A DNA stretch of 64,000 bases, taken from contig JBCCQQ010000016.1 of assembly GCA_039024555.1 (NCBI GenBank), positions 39,372 to 103,371 on the forward strand, read 5' to 3'. The notes under the pieces were generated by a model. The model was given only the letters and a program-made list of their open reading frames with translations, searched no databases and was not told the DNA's origin. The stretch is from Cyanobacteria bacterium P01_D01_bin.156. GTDB lineage: Bacteria; Cyanobacteriota; Cyanobacteriia; Phormidesmidales; Phormidesmidaceae. The number at the start of each line of letters is the position of its first letter. The first letter of the stretch is position 1. The position numbers were made by a program, and so were the translations under genes. Of the stretch, positions 11,701 through 18,198 are shown in pieces.

Positions 11701-12804
11701 AGCGAAGATACTTCGAAAATTTCTATTCAAAAATACTCGACAGAGAATACCCCTATTTCACCTTTGCAAGATTTAGCTTCCCCATTAACGCATTTTCATC
11801 AGTCCATTGAAGATAATGCCTTACACAATCCAGATAAATTTGATACTCCTAAAACGGTATCGCAAGGATTTGTAGACAATAATCCATCTGTTCAGTCTGA
11901 CTTCACACGGGCAAGATCAGGGTTACCGCAAGAATCGATAGGCCAAAACTTTCCTCAGCAATCCTCTAAGCCTAATCGGACTGCAGTAGAAGCTCCAGAA
12001 ACGTCTATCCAACGAGCAACGCACCAAATAGGTCCATTGGGCAGTGTATCCTCACTCCGTCTGCCAAAAGTTCTAAGACCTTTAGGTGTCCTTAAACCAC
12101 TACCGTCCTTGCAAAAGGCCACTTCAGAACCTGCGCAATCAACCGTGGCAGAAAGGGCTCAGCCTATTGTCCACAGTTCAGATTTGCCCCCTTCTAAAAT
12201 TCAGGCTAAAACTGCTCAACCCCAAGAAAACAATGATGATATTCACCCACTCAAATCTAACAACGCAATCGCAGACATCCAGATAGAGAATTCTCTTATT
12301 CAGAAGAAACCAGAAGACCCTACCCAGAAAATTGGCCAGGACAATAGCCGGACTCCCTCTTCTGAGACATCTCACACCGCCACAATTCCTAGTGAATGGT
12401 CAAATCTAGCAGATTTGGTAAATCATTTACACCACAATCCAAGCAATACAACATCTCAGCCTTCAAACCAATCTTTACCTCAATCTTCCTCCTCTAAGCA
12501 AAACAGTTCGCCATCCTCATCTCAGCAGGTTACTCAACCATCATCCACTCGCTCATCATCATCTGCCTTTAAGCCAACTAAGGCTCCTACGGTTACTGTT
12601 CAACGTCAAACAGTGAGTTCAAATAAGCCCACCATTATCCAAGCGTCTCAAGATTCCACAACAACTCAGGTAGGCAATGCTCCCCAGGAAGATGAGCCGA
12701 ACTACAGCCAATATTTAGAGCTGTTGGCCCAGGAAGTCTATGGTCTTTTACGGCAACGGCTGTCCCTAGAGCAGGAACGACGAGGTCCAAAATACCCAAG
12801 GTAG
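5743..12804 (+). CDS. Giant S/T/Q/P-rich low-complexity eCIS-associated protein with periodic [VIL]Q[RK] motifs
   Basis: 7-kb uninterrupted ORF inside the eCIS operon. About 40 IQR/VQR/LQR/LQK motifs. C-terminal helix ELLAQEVYGLLRQRLSLEQERRG. Confidence 0.85.
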   Translation: MAKSLGHTSPLGIARSLGSWVQRRSLGSIPLSILDLKTFYPQGFPVVPSDNLTTQPVETTSSENTVARQVDAAPLENAAAQKSLASAEPAVPFRNQLQHYFSSEATAPKNNVDNVSNQTRVNRSILSESVSPPTDIPAEAQTNQTSATPPQDDSRLAQENPVQATETDHSQRLAANIFPAVQNTDVGNSFQSPTVEVPAASSVQSDSSAIQRTVSDTIESFTADDISPQITNNSNHTQFLTEDSPNPTKQSNSETIESAATSDEITTSDDSHNSSKSPGGTTQFLSEENLSESLIQPKSKPVQRTPSDNIQLSATDSVSLSSTDKLNPVQSLTESPQRGSVDQSEHETIQRTISPQKRTTESSQQPFTHTAKGNQSLQKSSQSELITQSDGNKHILSQTPADKPQLDSFSSSNDNSSHSSVANSSQSSVSEIAQSIHNLQPPSHQPNPLQRVTSNSSSPPTPGTAPSNTLPPIGPTLTDINQSIQSLRNPTLQRATDLPHSSSTENQAPSSNTQATTSVSKEQLSHHTAPANSTDVEQSAIQRTQDSLESSPPETVYPASSADKSLPDQQSYLQKQTLSEAPSIEQTQSVNVEFTTLQRTSDRSKSGTIESSPALPTNETHPSFMSDASGDIFPDVGNIQRHTSDDRRISVQQSTASDTSDVLQTTSANLEQKNINNRPFLSNAISSESVQRSLTESGTSQNSTTSVDEAYPSTQNPARQSVSTESSAVARTIEANTQIQKSENHSAQSSADSKLGLHQGSSSSESKTDSLDSIQGTIASIETASNTDAVRLQRQVFEQSVPEDTPELYRAGDQFTSETASEDTFQKANVSSSEAPANSIQRSEDAQSTPSSSFSTSQEITTDKATSVQRTTQSELNPIPDTEKSATAPSFTQHDIDQGTNQPLTSPNDWRGTDTSAEQVTPQTHQSKPVIQRQSGDTHSDTSLPTQNSSLEIPNTLRTDSQSIANASELSTQQTDVTVQQASNTAEVSQAHAKDALEGSAIASTFHQQSSPTQLQRSISIDNSQPTEIPVTQNKEHRLSNLEPLSTSAHQTVVQQSIETIAHEIKDLPVQKQPVSSVEDSEIAPSPPHLIEASTEAISEIQRSPQPANLGKIFGDISPVEISSDRQISSLDSQVNYNPVHNSAELVQRATEEHTVSTEDIHIPHQTFPHSDERSQETATNLPAQSSPSDFGNADVIHRELESPESISHSHSQPDSAQPVTVNPVDGYISQSQALSQDVTLQRSLNENTISAVESESFNALTVSNQNLSKTTTGQISIQRSIEQTNTVEPDSFESLTELDQNPSSTIADQTSLQRNPEHISTVESDSFTSLTLPDQNSSNTTAGQTSIQRSPEDINTAVAAETISTSEAFSPLPDQTATSPAQPVSSSLQRSVDSATAASTNREASNALSQDTFSGELDASNVLSVDDVTSNTIQRSTNGSVESQQKLLSTDNSLLDSPVLGQTSASPDLHQPVAKAHDITTDAIQRSINTPIDSQQQQPSTLTTTADSKHSPELRQSENSQNLPNTVDLAHTLQRQADSSTEISSHPSDVKPTITDDKQTDAQIDSPKLTDRQGAHPSHGQEIAIQREPSDSIDGVVGHMLQDSSIQFEDLDGSVTSIEPNQPITSVVPNTLENTSDTQVQRSLSPQQTNTKIQPSESSISQSTEVADLSQGSSTDAPNPSKVQRSLTEPGRQDIDISAQEIAKSPSTASQTISSETADVSNFPPLSEVLSASSSIEQPMQDEATTHPWSAYQTDSTHISHSQPGQDTVQRASDRNSPISNNPSPSEPLRSHSPQTAQPRTENSTDISQQPSIEANTLQRTSTPGNRLNNRLEPTPVQNIPFQETQTTEPISVSESALEPPNTVQFEHEPSVQGEINPAQTNYSQPSGSRIQRSAEGLNANKPPFMQSSSHENQLTSEVQSSADLNPTQGNSLQKSSTSDAIDSQESMERYPSIQWDADSIEQTLDTQDTTIANSPQQLSDSSRFSEDTSKISIQKYSTENTPISPLQDLASPLTHFHQSIEDNALHNPDKFDTPKTVSQGFVDNNPSVQSDFTRARSGLPQESIGQNFPQQSSKPNRTAVEAPETSIQRATHQIGPLGSVSSLRLPKVLRPLGVLKPLPSLQKATSEPAQSTVAERAQPIVHSSDLPPSKIQAKTAQPQENNDDIHPLKSNNAIADIQIENSLIQKKPEDPTQKIGQDNSRTPSSETSHTATIPSEWSNLADLVNHLHHNPSNTTSQPSNQSLPQSSSSKQNSSPSSSQQVTQPSSTRSSSSAFKPTKAPTVTVQRQTVSSNKPTIIQASQDSTTTQVGNAPQEDEPNYSQYLELLAQEVYGLLRQRLSLEQERRGPKYPR
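9463..9810 (+). repeat. Degenerate ~105-bp (35-aa) tandem repeat, ~3.3 copies, in the giant ORF
   Basis: LQRSLNENTISAVESESFNALTVSNQNLSKTTTGQIS / IQRSIEQTNTVEPDSFESLTELDQNPSSTIADQTS / LQRNPEHISTVESDSFTSLTLPDQNSSNTTAGQTS / IQRSPEDINT. Confidence 0.8.
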
Positions 12805-12859
12805 CTATTGGTATGCTTCCAATTTAAACCATCTTTGTAGCCGTACATTTATTTGAACC

Positions 12860-13345
12860 ATGAGCCAATTTGTTAAAGCTAAACTCATTGCCCAAGGTGG
12901 TGGCAACAATATCGAGTTTATGTTCAATCCAACCCAGCTGAGCTTTACTCGAAATATGAACCTAAACTCCAGTGGAGGAGCCCGCACAGATGAGGGCATT
13001 CCCAAGATAAGTTTTGGCTCACCAGATCCCTTAAATATTACGCTGAATGGGCTAATATTTGACACCTATGAAACCGGTGAGAATGTCCTGGATAAACATA
13101 TCGAGAATTTTCGCCAGTCCGTTGAATTTCTCGATGGGTCAGAACGTCCTCCCATGTATATTTTTACGTGGGGGAAACAAGAATATTTACGCTGCTTTGT
13201 TCAGACCCTTACCTACACCCTCAATATGTTTCTGCCCGATGGAACTCCAGTAAGAGCTTCCGTGGATGTCACCCTGCAAGAAATTGGTGAAACCAGCGGT
13301 TCCGGAAATACAGGTACCCCCAGCCGTGGCAGTAGCCGACGATAA
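12860..13345 (+). CDS. eCIS tube initiator / baseplate hub protein (Afp7-like, no LysM seen)
   Basis: FMFNPTQLS, L.FDTYE, RPP...FTWG and Y..FLPDGTPVRA.V...LQE. Lies directly before VgrG. Confidence 0.85.
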   Translation: MSQFVKAKLIAQGGGNNIEFMFNPTQLSFTRNMNLNSSGGARTDEGIPKISFGSPDPLNITLNGLIFDTYETGENVLDKHIENFRQSVEFLDGSERPPMYIFTWGKQEYLRCFVQTLTYTLNMFLPDGTPVRASVDVTLQEIGETSGSGNTGTPSRGSSRR

Positions 13346-13349
13346 GCGA

Positions 13350-13383
13350 GTAAAAATACGGTAAACGCGTAAAAATACGGTAA
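13350..13383. promoter_or_regulatory. Tandem 15-bp direct repeat upstream of vgrG
   Basis: GTAAAAATACGGTAA at 13350-13364 and 13369-13383. Each copy contains the palindrome GTA-N4-TAC. Confidence 0.4.
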
Positions 13384-13464
13384 GAAGATTCTTGTTGACT
13401 GACATAAACCGGTAATTGCCGTCATGTGCGCTGGTCTAGCCAACCCTTAAAATCAAGTTTCATT

Positions 13465-13513
13465 GCTGTTGCTGACATTTATAGATGATCCTGCATCAAA
13501 AATCAGCAACGCT
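13465..13513 (+). mobile_element. MITE-like inverted-repeat element, copy 4 (degenerate)
   Basis: GCTGTTGCTGA...TCAGCAACGCT, ending 29 bp before the vgrG ATG. No recognisable target duplication. Confidence 0.55.
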
Positions 13514-13542
13514 ACTTAATAGCGGAAAAAGCTAGTATCCCC

Positions 13543-15552
13543 ATGGCTGCCACTAAGTTTGTTGCGACGCCTACACTCAAGATCGATGGTCAGGCTGCCT
13601 CCAGTGAACTGATGGAGGATATTCTACAAATTGTGGTGGAAGAGAGCCTGCATCTGCCAGGGATGTTTACCCTATCGATTCAAAACGACTACTTTGCGGG
13701 TGAGGAAAACTACAAGGTTTGGAAACACGAAAAGCTGTTTGAAATCGGCAAAACCATAGAGATTGGGTTTTCCGCCAGCACCACCGATTCTGATGAATTT
13801 GACGAAGAGAACAAAGGCAATGTGATCAAGGGAGAGATCACCGCCATTGAAACTCACTTTACCAGTGAGGCCCAGGCCCCTATCATTGTGCGCGGCTATG
13901 ATGCCTCCCATCGACTACACCGAGGCCGCCACAGCCGTTCATTTCAGAATAAAACCGATGCCGATATTGTCAAAGCCATTGTCGCTGAGGTCGGAATTTC
14001 TGTTGGTACGGTAGATGCTACCGGAGGTCCCTATGGCTATGGGGACATTGGCGGGGCCAGCGGCTATGTGTTTCAGCAAAACCAAACCAACATGGAATTT
14101 TTGCGTGAACGAGCCGCTCGTCATGGGTTTGAACTGTATGTGCAGGACGGTAAACTCAATTTTCGTAAACCGACAAAAGATAGCACCCTCTCTCTGGAAT
14201 GGTTAGAGGATATCCACAGCTTTCGTGTGCGGGTGAGCAGTGCCGACCAGGTAAAAAGTGTAGAAGTGCGGGGCTGGGACTATAGCCGCAAAGAGGTGAT
14301 TGCTGAAACAATCAGCAAAGCGAAACAGGTTTTAACCGATACAGATAATGGCGAAGGTAGTAAAACCGTCAGTGTTTTTAATGGTAAGCCCACCACACCC
14401 ACCCTAGTCATGGTGGACCAGCCCATATCCCAGGCTCAAGAAGCTAAAGCCATGGCCCAGGCTCTCTACGATGAAGTGGGGGGAGAGTTTGTACAGGCTG
14501 ATGCCCGAGGTGAAGGAGACCCCTCCATTCGTCCTGGACGGGTGGTCAAACTTACGGGTATGGGCAAGTATAGCGGTAGCTACTATGTTACTGAGACTCG
14601 CCATGTGCTCCATGAGCGCATTTATAGAACAGAATTTAGCGTACGGGGACTGCGCGGTGGAGATTTACTACAGACGCTGGAAACCAAAAATACTCTGCAG
14701 CCTGGACAAACCCTTATGATCGGCATTGTGGCCGACAATAAAGATCCCAAAGGATGGGGACGGGTACGGGTCAAACTACCCACCCTGACGGAAGAGCACA
14801 TGAGCAACTGGGCTAGGGTTGTATCCATAGGGGCAGGCCCTGCCCGTGGCTTAGACTGGCTACCGGAAATTAACGATGAGGTACTGGTGGCCTTTGAACA
14901 TGGGGACATCCACCGACCCTATATTCTCGGGGGTGTTTGGAATGGTAAGGATGCTCCACCGGAAAAAACTGAAGAGACCATTGTCAATGGTAAGGTCCGT
15001 CTGAGAACCCTAAAAACAAGGCTGGGACATACCCTACAGTTTGTGGAAGAAGACAAGGGTGACAGTAAAAAGGGCGTGTATTTAACCACCGTCGATAAAC
15101 ATCAGCTCCATTTAAATGACACGGATAAGTATGTCGATCTCAAAACCAAAGATGGCCACCAGCTCAAGTTTGACGACAAAAATAAAAAGATAGAGCTAAA
15201 AACCAAAGGTGGCCATCAAATTGCCATGGACGATAGTGGCAAAAAAGTCGATATTGTTTCCACCGGTAGCCTCAATGCTAAGTCGGGTAAGACTGGCAAA
15301 AGTGAAAAGATCACTATTAACGGTGGCGAGATTACGCTCACAGGGGCTACAAAAATCACTTTGAAAGTGGGTAGTAACAAAGTAGAGATTAGCAACACGG
15401 GGGTCAATATTTCAGGCACCCAGGTCAATGTCAAAGCCAGTGCAACGGCAAAAGTAGAAGGGGCAATGGTAGATGTCAAGGGCAGTGGCACCGTAAATGT
15501 ACAGTCTTCAGGCATGACCAAGGTAGCTGGGAGTCTGTTGAAGCTTAACTAG
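13543..15552 (+). CDS. vgrG: VgrG-like spike protein (gp27-gp5 fusion, Afp8-like)
   Basis: Q.NQTNMEFL..RA...G hub region, OB-fold DPKGWGRVRVK.P...SNWARV...GAG..RG..WLPEINDEVLVAFEHGD...PYILG.VWNG, and a beta-helix C-terminus. Confidence 0.95.
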   Translation: MAATKFVATPTLKIDGQAASSELMEDILQIVVEESLHLPGMFTLSIQNDYFAGEENYKVWKHEKLFEIGKTIEIGFSASTTDSDEFDEENKGNVIKGEITAIETHFTSEAQAPIIVRGYDASHRLHRGRHSRSFQNKTDADIVKAIVAEVGISVGTVDATGGPYGYGDIGGASGYVFQQNQTNMEFLRERAARHGFELYVQDGKLNFRKPTKDSTLSLEWLEDIHSFRVRVSSADQVKSVEVRGWDYSRKEVIAETISKAKQVLTDTDNGEGSKTVSVFNGKPTTPTLVMVDQPISQAQEAKAMAQALYDEVGGEFVQADARGEGDPSIRPGRVVKLTGMGKYSGSYYVTETRHVLHERIYRTEFSVRGLRGGDLLQTLETKNTLQPGQTLMIGIVADNKDPKGWGRVRVKLPTLTEEHMSNWARVVSIGAGPARGLDWLPEINDEVLVAFEHGDIHRPYILGGVWNGKDAPPEKTEETIVNGKVRLRTLKTRLGHTLQFVEEDKGDSKKGVYLTTVDKHQLHLNDTDKYVDLKTKDGHQLKFDDKNKKIELKTKGGHQIAMDDSGKKVDIVSTGSLNAKSGKTGKSEKITINGGEITLTGATKITLKVGSNKVEISNTGVNISGTQVNVKASATAKVEGAMVDVKGSGTVNVQSSGMTKVAGSLLKLN

Positions 15553-15580
15553 GTCTAAAAAATAAACTGGAGGTAAACAA

Positions 15581-15973
15581 ATGGGAATGCAAGTGGTGGC
15601 AGGGGCTATGCTCAAATGTCCCTTTGGGGTGGCACCGAGTGTGTTGAGTGTTTTACCCAAGGGTCCACCAGTGATGGCCTGCGGCCCTTTAGCTGCCACC
15701 ATTATGGACTACGCACCCATGGTAAATATCCTTCCCTTTGGCATGTGCAGTTCTCTGGCAAATCCTACCGTTGCCAGTGCTACGGCTGCAGCTTTGGGGG
15801 TACTCACTCCCATGCCCTGTGTCCCGGTAATTCCAGCACCGTGGGCACCGGGCTCACCCACGGTGCATATTAATAACTTTCCTGCCCTCAACAACAGTTC
15901 AAAATGCATGTGTACCTGGGGCGGAGTTATTTCCATCGTAAATCCAGGACAGTATACGGTGCAGATCCCCTAA
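15581..15973 (+). CDS. PAAR-like spike tip protein (DUF4280)
   Basis: V.AGA.LKC.FG..P, NILPFGMC.S..NP, PC.P....W.PG and C.C.WGG.I. Follows VgrG. Confidence 0.9.
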   Translation: MGMQVVAGAMLKCPFGVAPSVLSVLPKGPPVMACGPLAATIMDYAPMVNILPFGMCSSLANPTVASATAAALGVLTPMPCVPVIPAPWAPGSPTVHINNFPALNNSSKCMCTWGGVISIVNPGQYTVQIP

Positions 15974-16190
15974 TGTTTCTCTAGAACAGGTTAGAGAACA
16001 GTGAATTCACGGATGTAAACTATCTATGCGGGTACTTTTACGTATGCTTCCAACCCCATGGTTGGCCAAATATTGTTACCGATGGTGAATATCTCGTAGA
16101 TTGTATCAATTCCAATCCGGGCATTCTCAGAGAGCGTTGTTGCTAATGTAATGGAAACAGCCCAAAAACAATCGTTCCTGAAATCGCCAT

Positions 16191-17027
16191 GTGTACGCAA
16201 TGTCAGACTCTTTTCCCAAAACTCCTTCCCAGCAATTAAGGCTTCTAGGCATTTTGGGTGGGTTAGGTCCCTTAGCCCATATTGAGTTCGAACAGCGCTT
16301 ACTACAGCATAGTGTCCGGCGAGGAGCGCAGTGCGATCAGGACCATCCTAACTGGGTTGTTCTCAGTGCTGCATCAACGCCAGATCGAACTAAAAGTCTC
16401 ATGGGAACTGGGCCAGACTGTGTCCCCTACTTGGTAGACAGTGCCTGCCAGCTAAAAGCCATGGGAGCTGACTTTTTGGTCGTCACCTGTAATACCGCCC
16501 ACAGTTTTTACCATACGGTACAAAATCAGTTGGATATTCCCTGGCTGCATATGATGAATGCCACCGTGAAATACATTGCTGAGAGCTTTCCGACCGTGCG
16601 ACAGGTGGGCATTTTGGCAACAGATGGAACATTGCGATCGCAGCTTTATACCACCAGTCTTGCCCAGTATGGCATCTCCCCCATTTTGCCAACCCTGGGT
16701 TCGTCCATTCAACAACGAGTAATGGAGTCGATTTATTCTCCCAACTGGGGTATCAAAGCCACCGGCACCTGGGTTTCAGATATTGCCCTAATCGAGCTGA
16801 TTGTGGCCTCACGCTGGCTAGCGGAACAAGGGGCGGAGCTGATAATTGCTGGTTGTACCGAACTCTCTATCGGCCTGGCCCGCCTGAGTCAATTGCCTAT
16901 CAATTGGATCGATCCCCTAGATGTGATGGCAAATCTTGCCCTTGACCTTATCTATGGCGTTGCACCTACCCACTGTGAGCGATTATCTCCCCTGATGAAT
17001 ACTTTTAGCAGCAGTACGTCCGGTTGA
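16191..17027 (+). CDS. Aspartate/glutamate racemase family protein
   Basis: GILGGLGPLA and both catalytic Cys motifs (VTCNTAH, AGCTEL). The start may be the ATG at 16200. Confidence 0.9.
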   Translation: MYAMSDSFPKTPSQQLRLLGILGGLGPLAHIEFEQRLLQHSVRRGAQCDQDHPNWVVLSAASTPDRTKSLMGTGPDCVPYLVDSACQLKAMGADFLVVTCNTAHSFYHTVQNQLDIPWLHMMNATVKYIAESFPTVRQVGILATDGTLRSQLYTTSLAQYGISPILPTLGSSIQQRVMESIYSPNWGIKATGTWVSDIALIELIVASRWLAEQGAELIIAGCTELSIGLARLSQLPINWIDPLDVMANLALDLIYGVAPTHCERLSPLMNTFSSSTSG

Positions 17028-17110
17028 AAATTCAGCAACGGCATACTGCCTAGAACTTTGAGAAATATCTGTTATCCCAACTCACCTGCAAGACGTTATA
17101 AAAATCTCCC

Positions 17111-18193
17111 ATGATTCACATACCGTTACCACGTCCACCCCACTGGCTATCCCGGCTTTTTCTCGTAGCTGCGCTGGTTCTCAGTTTTAGTATTTTATGT
17201 GACCAGCCTGCTCTAGCTAGTCCCCTACGGTTTGGCAATGAAGGGGCCGCCGTTGAACAGCTTCAGACCCAATTGCAGTCCCTTGGCTATCTAGAGTCGG
17301 ACGTTAATGGTCTCTACGATGAACTTACCCGCCAGGCTATCCAGGCTTTTCAGAAAGATCTTGGTTTACCCGCTGATGGTGTTGCAGGTGCCAAAACCCA
17401 ACGCCAGCTAGCCGAAAAAGTGACCGACAGTCCCCGCAGTGCCATGCCCCCCGACATTCAGCGCATTCTTGACCGTGGCAAGCTGATTGTTGCCCTGCTG
17501 GGTACCGATAACTCACCCTTCTTTATGGAAGACGCCAACCACCACTCCACCGTTGGCCTTGATATAAAAATTGCCCAGGGGCTGGCCGAAGCCCTGGATG
17601 TGGATTTGGAATTTAATCGCTCGGCAGAAACCTTTAACGAGGTGGTAGATAAGGTCTATCAGCTAGAGGCCGATATCGCCATTTCTAAACTGAGTCGCAC
17701 CCTCAGCCGTGCCCAGCGGGTGCGATTCTCTCGTCCCTATGTCACCATGCGCCAAGGGTTATTAGTCAACCGATTACAGATCGCAGAACAAAGCGACGGT
17801 AATCAGGTGATTGAGGCAATTCGTAACTTCAATGGCGATGTGGGCGTTATTCAGGGGTCGTCCTACGGAGGCTTTATCAAGCAAAAGTTTCCCAAAGCAA
17901 CTATCAAGGAATACCCCACCTGGGATGACATTGTGGATGCCGTGATTCAGGGTAAAATCCAGGCCGCCTATCGAGATGAACTAGAAGTAAAAAAGGTGAT
18001 TCTCAAAAATCCAGATGCGGCCCTGAGATTACAAACCATTGCCCTTACCGATACCCAAGACCAAATTGCCATGGCGCTACCTTGGGACAGTCAAAATTTG
18101 CAGGCTTTGGTGAATCAGTATTTAGACACCTTTAGCCTGAACTATACCGCTGATGATGTGCTGGATGAGTACGCAGACTATCTGCAGGAGTAA
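17111..18193 (+). CDS. Peptidoglycan-binding domain fused to an amino-acid substrate-binding domain (SBP family 3)
   Basis: Signal peptide; LRFG.EG.AV..LQ..L..LGY....G.Y...T..AI.AFQ...GL..DGVAG.KT (PG_binding_1); then I..RGKL.V, GLDI.IA..LA..L.V and R...V.FS.PY. Confidence 0.85.
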   Translation: MIHIPLPRPPHWLSRLFLVAALVLSFSILCDQPALASPLRFGNEGAAVEQLQTQLQSLGYLESDVNGLYDELTRQAIQAFQKDLGLPADGVAGAKTQRQLAEKVTDSPRSAMPPDIQRILDRGKLIVALLGTDNSPFFMEDANHHSTVGLDIKIAQGLAEALDVDLEFNRSAETFNEVVDKVYQLEADIAISKLSRTLSRAQRVRFSRPYVTMRQGLLVNRLQIAEQSDGNQVIEAIRNFNGDVGVIQGSSYGGFIKQKFPKATIKEYPTWDDIVDAVIQGKIQAAYRDELEVKKVILKNPDAALRLQTIALTDTQDQIAMALPWDSQNLQALVNQYLDTFSLNYTADDVLDEYADYLQE

Positions 18194-18198
18194 CAAGT

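Noticed and set aside
13543..15973. Type VI secretion system or prophage
   Set aside because: No TssJLM/ClpV/TssBC genes and no capsid, terminase, portal or integrase. The single phage-type sheath with gp19 tubes fits an eCIS.
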